Assembly: GCA_964347045.1 (NCBI GenBank)
Contig: CAYFXC010000003.1
Location: 38,701 to 102,700 of the forward strand
Length of the DNA: 64,000 nt
Source of the DNA: an uncultured archaeon
Lineage (GTDB): Archaea > Asgardarchaeota > Hermodarchaeia > Hermodarchaeales > Hermodarchaeaceae
Direction of reading: 5' to 3'
Positions 13,701-22,160 of the stretch are shown here, in pieces; the stretch's first letter is position 1; each line of letters opens with the position of its first letter. The position numbers were made by a program, and so were the translations under genes. The notes under the pieces were generated by a model. It was not told where the DNA came from. It saw only the letters and a list, made by a program, of their open reading frames with translations, and did not search any database.

Positions 13701-14089
13701 AAGAGCCCACTCTTGCACCAGAGCTTGAAAAGGAAATAGAAGAACGATTGAAACAATTTCCCCAATTAAGTAAGGCGGAAAAAGACCGCATCACCAAACA
13801 ACTTCGTAATGTTCCCAAAGAGGAATGGGAGGAAGTATTCAACACTCTCGCAATTGCATCTAAACCAGAGGTTATTGAAGGTGATGAAGTTCTTCGTCCT
13901 GATGAATTACCAGCTATAACTGTAGAAGAACGGGAAAAATTACTTGAAGAATTGAAAGGGTTATCCGAGGAAGAACGGCGAAAAGTATTGCAAACATTTC
14001 GAGAGAAAAAAACCAAGGAAACTGCAGAAGGAGAGGTCGTTAAGGGTGAAAAAGAATTTGAAGTTGACGAATCAGACGACAAACAATAG
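7781..14089 (+). CDS. Giant surface glycoprotein, paralog 3, same architecture
   Basis: TTG 7781 after GAGGTG; signal peptide, Ig-like repeats, TM LGLVAAVIGIVMIILWLAY, tail DQKLELFQEMKRIPATERVWFLEDLKQQMADG plus two degenerate copies. Confidence 0.9.
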   Translation: MDKKISFLTLLALMAVIIFSSPLELNSYPTVMAASPPNSPYEGLGDSLDVTEFARNDSTLFSNGINGTAFSYLGSWYPSGYRGYYLHTSVSNLRRTEDPVPNGDFDQYDEPGNNWTLTESTGGLVKSIDNVTGGNPGYCLDTELKYGNVPNTAYAWIDNDFTYTSSITPDSLKLYFDIRFSEDVSKAGWLYVKVSVRYQAAEVGSWTNTTDLYSPTSWDSLSFPTAAVNGTVTIRITIEKRGGGSANTKGHIYFDNFRYVIGTDSKPSEVELMVNGNPVSDTFGNAGEVDIYADPSSKEQAQLAICWDSDESFQFTSPTYSDISFDYEYSMRIKSENPSAASTDFSNVADEAPTWNINYTIPSSRPPSGYTGYSYGLYLRSTWTLVEVRNSTNDLVPTTQYNYNATSQFFKLNEDIASVGDLFRVIASSLNYILDIFPQKSSSGLGPWTNISSSDYYVKGDWIRVLATLRPIGPSDNVADVSIFYPNGTIWNSDSTPGIDSSKNTITSIAWQINQMDSDNAGSQWQISVSFDNDTQCGMRAQYFTIVIETTAEKIDPDPGTRVLWGQTVFVNVTWANNDTGDYILDAAARIRYIDRNLQTRYENMTANGQGAYSLDFGTNLMSPSRTAKFYIEFFHYGYVNITGTQLTYTINLVNDISYTMVRPSQQTGPDEYTAETTSDEGYISQVKFYDLFEQAYVRNDTGAWSGNVRVNFTRYHWTETWTYITEGSFIPNASDPIIFEKIDSQYSGVSQVKYEVTMRIENAAWDYQQQNFTIIIRIVQIATDLDAVRTVISYPPTGDGWTQYNNNTDTYEVRIFWNENFNITIFYHFAENDTGITGATSNLLFGSLKRTLTEQANGFYNIILDTKDVGLGITDILVNASYPTYASQTIQIRLIVETRETELTKDYLGALVDLPYDDDFTVIFTYNDIVTGTPTAIIDATASIVGYPAGKYSVNNNGDGTYTITFWGNITETIYYVTITFSRTNYTTQSNYFEITVRPIHTIGFGLADSVSLPWGQNVTITLSYNDTDHSDIAIYGADISFVSTDGFFNSSNDILGFDYWLVINPDGSYTLILNTTRVSAGMQPFTLIITFSKTHYDNSEVYVSFQVRDNLTVLQRQSLIPGTNVPWGDNLTIILTYSNLDDSNSPIPGAIIDCDWDEFYWSYSYNATLQAYVLVIRTISRTEGSYTITINAAKNHYQEFTIIENFVIRKIQTTLDADPDYIPNWPLGFNVTVRVDYYDADHGGQVPFAEVVTDWNASYYSIIFYGNGTYDLILNTSCRGVGSHTINVTLWRDHYAQRTVIVSLTLVPIPLFVEILSSSPVTTEYNSTNFVVVTVRVTDLYDRLINDSTTTYHWFAGSGTMTFIEAGIYNVSFSAAADTGSYVVTVQANKTGYQIGIGFIILNILPTDTILSPITSSLQLVVGESFEISILFTTIYGTGIADANITYLWALNRTGSLAFVGGNTYNGTLDSSGLTAGPYLVYVTAGGPNVVERTTTISVLLVLIPTELQAFPTIQEVYYGADFILQVYFNDTNNNLPIDGANVSCIWGTLTGYLLPTGTPGWYNISLSTTIYPVGTYMLTLSADFEGYQFALAYVDVIIRPQPTTLDLVLIQTYYAPQNLVTNQTGISWQVPRGELLILYFNFTDASNNTITGAIGTYSWTYGLGVLEFTNGLYVATIDLTQATPGYYSLLITLSLQNYESGQSPSYDLNVIPIPAVIQVINNPGTVDTGTTWDLVVYYNDTYHNLPIIGGNLTVTIPQLNFENMDMLDNRNGYYSFTVPALLLDNRLEIEINAPGGLLYASDTEQIIVYVRLGQVAQVTITLGLVAAVIGIVMIILWLAYTRVLAIPWLVRKMRKMSRTIDKGKTPKLSKSDVGRIGSRSDLMAHIAEPAYETIRIPIPAAVLPAVIEHEERYAEDEAIWADLKKLPQLEYDQKLELFQEMKRIPATERVWFLEDLKQQMADGTRFARKAKEPTLAPELEKEIEERLKQFPQLSKAEKDRITKQLRNVPKEEWEEVFNTLAIASKPEVIEGDEVLRPDELPAITVEEREKLLEELKGLSEEERRKVLQTFREKKTKETAEGEVVKGEKEFEVDESDDKQ

Positions 14090-14192
14090 GGTACTCAAAA
14101 CCATATGATAAAACTATGATAACACTGTCGCAAAAGGGGATGGAATCGGTTGTTCACCACATTTTGTCTTTCCCCTAATGGAGAAGAGAAAT

Positions 14193-14987
14193 TTATGGTG
14201 ACCCTGTGAATATTGTTTTGAGAAGTGTAAACATTCCGAGGATGATGATGGTGCTTCCGATGAGGTGAGTCATGCGGTGACTGGGTGTGCGTTTGACGAA
14301 GTAGCTCGCGAGGGGGGTGCCGATGAATGAACCGAGTACGAGGGGTAGGGCTAGGTTGAAGAAGAGGGGGTCGAGGATGAGGTGTCCGAAAGTGATGTAG
14401 AGAATGACAGCGGTGAGACTGGTGAAGGTTTCGGAGACCATGGAGGTGCCGATGGCTTGTTTGCCGTTTCGACCATGCAACATTTGTCCGCCTGCCACAA
14501 TAGGTGTGTAGCCTCCAGCGCTGATTCCTTTGTTGATAGCTGCGAGTAGACCGATGGCGAAGATCCGTCCTGTGGTGATGCGCCAATGAATGTCAGTTAG
14601 TACCATTATGCCAATGAGAGTTAAAGCGATTCCAATATATATTTGGAGGAAATCCAAGTGCACGATGAAGAAACTGAGAAAAATGGTTACAGCTATAATC
14701 GCCCCGATAATTCCTGCTAGAGAAAGGTTGAATGCGATTTTGGTGTCATCGGATGTTTTGGTGAAGGTAACATTCCCATGAAGGTGATAATAGATAGCAG
14801 TAATAATAGCAGCGATGATTTGGGAAAGCAAAATGGCGGGGATGGCTTCTAAAATTGGAAAGTTGAGCAGAATGAGAAGTGGTGTGAGAAGTGTGCCATA
14901 ACCGATGCCGATGGAGGCATCGAGGAATGCAGCGATAAGGCTGAGAAGGAACAGAATGATTGGAATAAGAAGCCAGTATATTATTAT
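14193..14987 (-). CDS. TSUP (TauE/SafE) family transporter with no canonical start for its N-terminal part
   Basis: Frame stays open 52 codons upstream of the tracked TTG (IIIYWLLIPIILFLLSLIAAFLDASIGIGYGTLLTPLL), supplying the first TSUP repeat motif; second repeat NKGISAGGYTP. Confidence 0.8.
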   Translation of the reverse strand: MIIYWLLIPIILFLLSLIAAFLDASIGIGYGTLLTPLLILLNFPILEAIPAILLSQIIAAIITAIYYHLHGNVTFTKTSDDTKIAFNLSLAGIIGAIIAVTIFLSFFIVHLDFLQIYIGIALTLIGIMVLTDIHWRITTGRIFAIGLLAAINKGISAGGYTPIVAGGQMLHGRNGKQAIGTSMVSETFTSLTAVILYITFGHLILDPLFFNLALPLVLGSFIGTPLASYFVKRTPSHRMTHLIGSTIIILGMFTLLKTIFTGSP

Positions 14988-15704
14988 TCACCATTGATGG
15001 TGTTTCGGTAAAGAAAAGCGGGCTGTTTTATTTGTTTTTAGTTTTTTGGAGGATTGAACACAGCTGTTTTTTCAGGACATTCTAAGATATAATGATTTTC
15101 ATTGGAAGTATGCTCTCAAAGGGTGTGTTATCAATAGAAATAAGACCACACTTGCATAGATGTTGTTGCATACAATCCCCTAACCCAGCAGAGAATAGGA
15201 CTCACAGTAAAGCCTCGAACCCGAAACGAAACTAAAGAAGAGAATACAGTGAATCTGAATAGTGAGAAAGATAAAGCAAAGATAATCGAGGCGCGATAAG
15301 CATTCGCCTGTGAGCCTTGGATTTGTGTATATGTGGAAACTGCCGAATATGGCGATTTTTTCCTCACTAGTTTGCACTATTATGAAAAAGTGTGTATCCC
15401 ATCGAGGCAATAACCACAAACTGGAAGATGCGCTCTAGTCACAGTAAGGAGTATGATAATGATGACGATGTCATGCATTTGCGTATCAAATTTAGATAAT
15501 TAAGATGGTTTGAGAAGGAGGAATAGTAAATTAAACAAGACTGATATGCATTTGGTAGAGAAGCGCTTGATGCGTACTATAAAATCTCCAATGATTTGCG
15601 ATGTTTGGATGATAAATGCCGTTCCTCTGGAGGACCGTAAATACTATTAGGTGGGGCTTCCTGCGTATGTTACCTAAGACTAGCTGCTTTTTGGTGGTTT
15701 ACAC

Positions 15705-16472
15705 ATGACGAAACCTAATGACGGTGAATTGATGTTAAATCTCATTAAGGAACGTCACGCTATACGCGACTTTATCACCGACCAACCGGTGAGTGATGAA
15801 CTCCTCTTCAAGATTATCGAAGCTGGAGGATACGCTCCCAGCGCTGAAAACCAACAACCTTGGCGTGTTATTATCGTCCGAGACAAAGCTATACAGCGTC
15901 GCATTGGAGAAATTGCTGTATTACGGACCATTGAATTATTTGGACGAATCACTCCTCGCCAAGAAATCGAACGACGCCTTCATTATGTAGAAGCGTTACC
16001 AAGCCGGGAGCGAACCATTGATTGGCTCATCACTGGTAGGAGATTTGAGTACATCAAGGGTGAACCAGAAACTGATGGCGCACCTATTCTCCTTGTATTG
16101 GTCGTTGAATCAACACATGTTGGTAATTCACAACCCACACTACGTGGAACGGGTGGTGTCTATGGATGGAGTAGCTTGCGCCATTCTATTATTGCCGGAA
16201 GTATGTTTATGCAAAACTGCTGGCTTGCAGCGTCTGCCCTGGGTTTAGGGGCTTGTGTGTCCAGTGTACAACTAGATCACTATGATGATATCCGTGAGAT
16301 TTCCGAATTACTCAATATTCCACAACCCCATTGGACACCCATCATGTGCCTTGCCATTGGCTATCCCAAATTGCCCCGAACTCGTGGGCCCCCACGTCAG
16401 CGACCTGAAGAAATCACTTTTGTTGACACATGGGGTAAGAACTGGCAACCCCAAAAGAAGACTGGAAAGTAA
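15705..16472 (+). CDS. Nitroreductase family flavoprotein
   Basis: ERHAIRDF, APSAENQQPW, QNCWLAASALGLG and IGYP motifs. Confidence 0.9.
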   Translation: MTKPNDGELMLNLIKERHAIRDFITDQPVSDELLFKIIEAGGYAPSAENQQPWRVIIVRDKAIQRRIGEIAVLRTIELFGRITPRQEIERRLHYVEALPSRERTIDWLITGRRFEYIKGEPETDGAPILLVLVVESTHVGNSQPTLRGTGGVYGWSSLRHSIIAGSMFMQNCWLAASALGLGACVSSVQLDHYDDIREISELLNIPQPHWTPIMCLAIGYPKLPRTRGPPRQRPEEITFVDTWGKNWQPQKKTGK

Positions 16473-16489
16473 TCGAGGCGAGTTAACCG

Positions 16490-17032
16490 ATGGATCAATT
16501 CAAAACATTACAGGAATTCATTGTCGAATGGATGGATGCGCTTTGGTGGAGCATGCGTGACCGTATTGGAGCTCTCTCCATGATTGAAACCTTACAAAAC
16601 TCTTGGCAAACTGCGGGGCGAAAAGTAGGAGAAATTGGTAAAGCCGAAGGTCTAAACATCATCAAAACGGTTGAAGCCGCCCATTCCATTTTTGGACGCA
16701 CAGTCACAGTTCAAAACAACACCGTTCTGGTCACCACCTGTCCAATCTGGGATAAGATTCTGGCAGGTCAACTTGAATATGGGCTCCGTTGTGAGGAATT
16801 CATATGTGCCCCATACCTTACTGGCATAAAAGATGTCTTTGGAGCGAAGGAAGCCATTGTTGAAACCAATCTCCGGTTGGCACATGTAACTCGCGCCCGA
16901 TTAGAATACAAGCTCAAAAAACTAAAAACAGCGAATACCACGGATCCCAAAAACCAAGCGCAGATTTCAGAACTTAAAAAACAACTCAGCCAACAACCTG
17001 CAACACCTGCTTGCATTTTCCATGTAAAATAA
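16490..17032 (+). CDS. Hypothetical protein with V4R-like Cys pattern
   Basis: TCP...C....C...terminal CIF pattern; 17 nt after the nitroreductase gene. Confidence 0.6.
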   Translation: MDQFKTLQEFIVEWMDALWWSMRDRIGALSMIETLQNSWQTAGRKVGEIGKAEGLNIIKTVEAAHSIFGRTVTVQNNTVLVTTCPIWDKILAGQLEYGLRCEEFICAPYLTGIKDVFGAKEAIVETNLRLAHVTRARLEYKLKKLKTANTTDPKNQAQISELKKQLSQQPATPACIFHVK

Positions 17033-17357
17033 CTGCTTTATCAACCCAACAATTCCAAGTCTGGCACTATTGATTTTACTAGCACAAGCCGCTCTATTTC
17101 GCTAGGATTGACTTTCAAATAGATAAACTTAATTTCACGGTAAGCAAACGTTTCAAAAACTACTTCCTAGTTTCTTGGACATGATAGTGCCTAAAATCAC
17201 CTTACGGTTTTCTGCTTCTCCTGATTCCCCTTCATTATCTGTAATCTTTTTTGAATCTCAATAGATCCTGAAAATGATTGCACATCCAGTTGCGAATGGT
17301 TCTTAAGCAAAACCCCCCAATGGCGACCTACTAATCAACTGCGATACTAACCACTCG

Positions 17358-18749
17358 GTGTCACGAATGGCTTCGAAAGCCGCTAAAAAGCAAATTGAAC
17401 CAGTCTTTTCCCCAATGTCTATTGTTCTAATCGGGGCAAGTGATAAACTCCGTTCCTTCGGATTCCAAGTTGCTCGTTCACTCATCCGCAATTTCGATGG
17501 GCCAGTTCACTACGTCAATCCCACCGAAGCAAGTGTCCTCGGATCACCAACCTTTGCCACTATCAGTGAAGTTCCCGAAGGCTCCCATCTCTGGGTCATA
17601 ACCATACCCACAAAAGATTTTGCAAAAACAATTCGACTGATAGGAAAACGCCAACCCGTGGGAATCATCCTACTTTTTGAACTTCCACAGACCCATTTCG
17701 ATGTTGCCCGTAAAGCAATATCCAAAGTGCCTTGTCCTGTTATAGGTCCAAGAAGCGCCGGATTTTACAATTCGTCAACTGCCTTCGACCTGATACCGCT
17801 TCCACCTGAAGTACTTCCACGACCTCGAAAAGGATTCGCAGGGATAATCACCGATAATCGTGATGTTGCTTATGGGTTGCTTGAACAGGTAACCAAATAT
17901 CGGTGCGGGGTATCCCTTTTTGTTGATCTTGGCGAATCTCTTGGAACTACTGAAACCGATGTGCTTGCTTTTCTAGCCAAAGATAGTGAAACTCGTGTCA
18001 TTCTTCTTGGCGCAGGTCAAATATCGAACTCCTTGAAATTTCGAACTGCCATCCGAAATGCCCATCGGGTAAAGAAACCTGTGATTGTTTCACTTTGGCC
18101 ACAAGATCTCACTCGTCAACTTGGGCTACACCGCCGAACTGGAAAAACAATTACTCCCTTAACAATCGACCTAGCAAAACAACACAACTTGATGATCACA
18201 TCATCTTGGGGGCGTGCGGTGGACCTTGCACTCCTTTGTCAAACCCAACCTCTCCCCGAAGGCTTAGGAGTTGTAGCGATTTCTAATTTTGGTGCATATT
18301 GCGTCTATGCCGCGAGTGCCCTCCATGATTCATCATTGCAATTAGCCAAACTCCAACCCAACACCCTTACAGCTCTCAAGGAAAATCTCCCTCCCTACTG
18401 CCGCAACGACAATCCCATTGGCTTGTATGCCAACGCAGACGAAGAACGATTAGACACCACGCTTCGCATTGTCCTTGCTGATCCCAACACTCACAGCGTC
18501 CTTATTGCCCTCCTTCCCAATTCACCCAACATTGACCCTGATTATCTCTATGTCATGCTCGGACAACGCCTCAAAGCTCTCAAAATCCCCAAAACTATCA
18601 TTGGTGTCATTCCGGCTACAGAGCGCGACAATCTCCTCATAGGAAGTCTCGAGCGCCTTAATATCCCCATCTTTTCAAACTCCCACCGAGCGGTTACAAC
18701 CCTAGAAAACGCATATTTACTCAACACCCTTCTCAAATCCAAAAAATAG
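17358..18749 (+). CDS. Divergent NDP-forming acyl-CoA synthetase alpha-like protein, probably non-catalytic
   Basis: Collinear with 19066-20475 (IGAS, VNP, VIGP, DLG, NP motifs), but the SHTG phospho-His motif reads RRTG. Confidence 0.75.
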   Translation: MSRMASKAAKKQIEPVFSPMSIVLIGASDKLRSFGFQVARSLIRNFDGPVHYVNPTEASVLGSPTFATISEVPEGSHLWVITIPTKDFAKTIRLIGKRQPVGIILLFELPQTHFDVARKAISKVPCPVIGPRSAGFYNSSTAFDLIPLPPEVLPRPRKGFAGIITDNRDVAYGLLEQVTKYRCGVSLFVDLGESLGTTETDVLAFLAKDSETRVILLGAGQISNSLKFRTAIRNAHRVKKPVIVSLWPQDLTRQLGLHRRTGKTITPLTIDLAKQHNLMITSSWGRAVDLALLCQTQPLPEGLGVVAISNFGAYCVYAASALHDSSLQLAKLQPNTLTALKENLPPYCRNDNPIGLYANADEERLDTTLRIVLADPNTHSVLIALLPNSPNIDPDYLYVMLGQRLKALKIPKTIIGVIPATERDNLLIGSLERLNIPIFSNSHRAVTTLENAYLLNTLLKSKK

Positions 18750-18761
18750 GAGTGGGTACCA

Positions 18762-19019
18762 ATTTACAAAGCATATGTCTTAATCAAAGTAGCCCCCCAC
18801 CAAGAAGATAACATCCTTCGCGAACTCAGCAAATTTGCCGCCATATCCGAAGCACACAAACTATTCGGGTTATACGATGTTATTGTTGAAATCGAACGAA
18901 AGGGAATGCGCGATATTATGGAAACGGTTTCGAAAATTCGTGCTATTAAAGGTGTACTCGATACGATAACTAACCTTGTAGCAGATTTCGAAATGGATGT
19001 CCATGGCGCTCCGCTCTAA
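18762..19019 (+). CDS. Stand-alone Lrp/AsnC ligand-binding (RAM) domain protein, missing from the ORF track
   Basis: IYKAYVLIKVAPHQEDNILRELSKFAAISEAHKLFGLYDVIVEIE...KIRAIKGVLDTITNLV; homologous to 33981-34211; ATT at 18762 lies 7 nt after GGAGTG. Confidence 0.85.
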   Translation: MYKAYVLIKVAPHQEDNILRELSKFAAISEAHKLFGLYDVIVEIERKGMRDIMETVSKIRAIKGVLDTITNLVADFEMDVHGAPL

Positions 19020-19065
19020 GAGACAAACGGCGTATATCGAAACGAAGGTTCATCGAGGGGCTTAC

Positions 19066-20475
19066 ATGAAATCAGACTTGGAACCGTTTTTCAATCCAAA
19101 AACGGTTGCCGTCGTCGGAGCTTCTGCACGAAAAGCGAGTGTAGGCGGGGTGATTTTTCGTAATTTCCTCAAACCCGCCTTCAAGGGCGTAGTCTATCCC
19201 ATTAACCCTCGTGCAACCGAAGTACTCGGCATTCCGAGTTATGAGCGGGTATCATCCGTTCCTGAACCTGTTGATCTCACCGTTATAGCTGTTCCCGCGG
19301 GAATTGTACCAAAAATTATGGAAGATTGTGAAGAAAAGGGGGTTAAAGCCGTCATCATTATTAGCGGCGGCTTCAAAGAAATCGGAACTGAAGGTGCCTA
19401 CCTCGAAGAGCAAGTCATCCAAATCGCCAAACGAAGCGGGATTCGAGTAATTGGTCCCAATTGTATTGGTATATATGATACCAATACCGGAGTTGACACC
19501 ACATTTCTTCCAGCATCTCGGATGGGAAGACCAGGAAAAGGATACATAAGCTTCATCAGTCAAAGTGGTGCATTTGCGGCAGCTGTTTTAGATATTAACG
19601 CACAATCCGGACTCGGAGTAAGCCGCGTCATCAGCTTTGGCAATAAGGCAGATGTCAACGAAATTGATCTCATTAAGTTTCTTGGCACCGACAGGGAAAC
19701 TCGAGTCATTATCGAATACCTAGAAGGACTTTCACCGAGTACAGGAAGTTCATACATCCAAACTGCAAAAATTGTAACAAGTCAAAAACCGATCATCGTT
19801 GTGAAAGCTGGACGTTCAAAACGAGGTTCCGTGGCTGCAGCTAGTCACACGGGCGCATTAGCTGGTGATGCCCGGCTCTATGATTTTGCATTCCACCAAG
19901 CAGGAATTCTCTCAGCTCAGGACTTCGAAGATGGATTTGAAATGGCAAAAACTTTAGCAACACAGCCTCCTGCAAAAGGTAATCGCGTGCTTGTTGTCAC
20001 AGATGCCGGAGGAGCAGGAGTCATGACTGTCGATGCCTGCGAAGCCCTAGGATTAACCGTTCCTGAACCCCCTGAAAAAGAAATGCAAATTCTTCGTGAA
20101 GCTTTTCCAAGCTATTGCAGCGTCAATAATCCCATTGATCTCACCGGTGACACCGATGCCGAACGCTATCAAATCGCTTTTGACACACTTCTTGGAACAG
20201 CTCATTATGATGGGGCCATTGCCATCGTAATGATGCAAATTCCTTTGTTAGATCTTGATATCGTCGATCGATTAGTTGCAATTGTCCGAAAATATGACAA
20301 ACCATTAGTTGCTCTAACGGCTGGAGGACGATTCACAATGAAAGGTGCTCAGCTCCTCGAAGAAGCAGGAATTCCCACCTTACCAACTCCAGCCAGAGCA
20401 GCAAAAGCCATTTGGGCGCTGGTGGAATACGGGCAACATCTGAGGAAAATCCATTCGCAAAAGAAATCAAAGTAA
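19066..20475 (+). CDS. acdA: Acetate/acyl-CoA synthetase (ADP-forming), alpha subunit
   Basis: VVGAS, IGPNCIG, SQSGA, FGNKAD, KAGRS..G..AAASHTGALAG, NNPIDLTGD. Confidence 0.9.
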   Translation: MKSDLEPFFNPKTVAVVGASARKASVGGVIFRNFLKPAFKGVVYPINPRATEVLGIPSYERVSSVPEPVDLTVIAVPAGIVPKIMEDCEEKGVKAVIIISGGFKEIGTEGAYLEEQVIQIAKRSGIRVIGPNCIGIYDTNTGVDTTFLPASRMGRPGKGYISFISQSGAFAAAVLDINAQSGLGVSRVISFGNKADVNEIDLIKFLGTDRETRVIIEYLEGLSPSTGSSYIQTAKIVTSQKPIIVVKAGRSKRGSVAAASHTGALAGDARLYDFAFHQAGILSAQDFEDGFEMAKTLATQPPAKGNRVLVVTDAGGAGVMTVDACEALGLTVPEPPEKEMQILREAFPSYCSVNNPIDLTGDTDAERYQIAFDTLLGTAHYDGAIAIVMMQIPLLDLDIVDRLVAIVRKYDKPLVALTAGGRFTMKGAQLLEEAGIPTLPTPARAAKAIWALVEYGQHLRKIHSQKKSK

Positions 20476-20575
20476 TTTTTTTTCCTTCATAAGATTGGAC
20501 AACGGTACTGTTTATAATTACATAAGTTTACCATTGCTTTATTCAACTTTCCTCGTGTAGGCGAGGTGTACACTT

Positions 20576-21736
20576 TTGATCAATGTAAGTATTGTTGGTG
20601 CTGGACAAACAAAGTTCGGACGGCACAACGATTACAATTTACGTGAACTCTTCGCTTTAGCAGCCTATGAGGCCATCGAAGACGCTGGTATTACACCCAA
20701 AGATGTTGAAGCGGCATTCATAGGTAACCTATCTGCAGATCAATTTAATCGACAATCACACATTGCTCCAATGATGGCCGATGCTGCAGGAATGACGGGA
20801 ATTACTGCTACTAAATGTGAAGCTGCTTGCGCCTCGTCAGCTACGGCGTTACGAGCCGCAATTCTTGCCATCGAATCTGGGCAACATGATGTGGTCATGG
20901 CTGCGGGCGTCGAGAAGATGACTGACCTCCCGACTCCGGGGGTCATTGAGATATTAGCAATGGCGGCTGACCAGCCCTTTGAGGCAGAACCTGGAATTAC
21001 GTTTCCGGGAATTTTTGCCCTCTTGGCAGTTGCTCATATGGCGAAATATGGTACAACTAAAGAGCAAATGGCAGCGGTTGCTGTCAAGAATCATGCCAAC
21101 GCGATGCACAATCCCTTAGCGCAATATCAAAAAGAAATCACTATTGATACGGTGTTATCAGCACGTCTGGTCGCTTGGCCATTGGGTCTCTTTGATTGTT
21201 CTCCCATCACTGATGGAGCTGCTGCAGTGATTCTTACACGAAATAAATTGGCGAGAAAATTCACTGACACTCCTGTGAAAATCAAGGCCTCTGCGCAGGC
21301 AAACGATACAATGGATATGTGTGATCGCGCTGACCTTACAACTCTCTATTCCGCAAGAATAGCCGCGCAAAGAGCATATAAACAAGCGAAGATAGGTCCA
21401 CAAGATATCGACTTTGCAGAAGTTCACGACTGCTTCACTATAGCCGAAATCATTGCCACCGAAGACCTTGGCTTCTTCACACCAGGAATGGGTGGGCAAG
21501 CTGTCGAAGAGGAATATACCGCAATAGATGGCGAGTTCGCAATCAATACCAGTGGTGGACTCAAAGCCAAAGGACACCCAGTCGGTGCCACTGGGGTAGC
21601 TCAAATTATTGAATTGTACCATCAACTACGAAACGAAGCTGGTAAACGACAAGTCGATTCGCCCAACTATGGACTTGCCCATAACGTCGGAGGGTCAGGA
21701 GCCACAGCCGTAGTCCATATTTGTGAACGATGGTGA
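20576..21736 (+). CDS. Archaeal thiolase (acetyl-CoA C-acetyltransferase family)
   Basis: EAACASS catalytic Cys, EVHDCF, KGHPVGATG, HNVGG. Confidence 0.93.
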   Translation: MINVSIVGAGQTKFGRHNDYNLRELFALAAYEAIEDAGITPKDVEAAFIGNLSADQFNRQSHIAPMMADAAGMTGITATKCEAACASSATALRAAILAIESGQHDVVMAAGVEKMTDLPTPGVIEILAMAADQPFEAEPGITFPGIFALLAVAHMAKYGTTKEQMAAVAVKNHANAMHNPLAQYQKEITIDTVLSARLVAWPLGLFDCSPITDGAAAVILTRNKLARKFTDTPVKIKASAQANDTMDMCDRADLTTLYSARIAAQRAYKQAKIGPQDIDFAEVHDCFTIAEIIATEDLGFFTPGMGGQAVEEEYTAIDGEFAINTSGGLKAKGHPVGATGVAQIIELYHQLRNEAGKRQVDSPNYGLAHNVGGSGATAVVHICERW

Positions 21737-21741
21737 TCAAG

Positions 21742-22134
21742 ATGAGCGATGAAACAACAATCAAAAAATACTTTGAATTAATTAATGAGCAAAAACTGTG
21801 TGCGGTACATTGTGCAAGCTGTGATTCCCTTCATCTACCACCAAGGCTTTTTTGTCCAAATTGTAACCGCAAGACCACTGATTGGACTCAATTAAGCGGG
21901 GAAGGTACTATCCGTTCATTCACTGTCATTCACATTGCTGGAACGAAATATGATAGAGACGTCCCGTACATCGTGACAATTGTTGCTTTGAAGGAGGGAC
22001 CTTCTGTATGTGCTCGGTTGATTGGTCTTGATCCGCTCAAACCAGAGGATATCCATGTCGGTGATCCAGTTGTTGCTGACTTCGAAGAAATTCCAGAAAA
22101 GAAGACAATGCGCCTAATCTTTCGTCCTGCATAG
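21742..22134 (+). CDS. DUF35 Zn-ribbon/OB-fold thiolase partner
   Basis: CxxC...PPR..CPxC followed by G.I.SFTV; directly downstream of the thiolase. Confidence 0.9.
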   Translation: MSDETTIKKYFELINEQKLCAVHCASCDSLHLPPRLFCPNCNRKTTDWTQLSGEGTIRSFTVIHIAGTKYDRDVPYIVTIVALKEGPSVCARLIGLDPLKPEDIHVGDPVVADFEEIPEKKTMRLIFRPA

Positions 22135-22160
22135 CGTTCCAACGTTCACCAAGTTCTTGA

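Noticed and set aside
15000-15700. Long intergenic region with short hydrophobic minus-strand ORFs and an ATGATGA...CTGA pair
   Set aside because: No recognisable family; the box spacing is long and there are no internal C'/D' boxes; may be a decayed gene but this cannot be supported
17040-17300. Protein-like minus-strand fragments
   Set aside because: Interrupted frames with no identifiable homology
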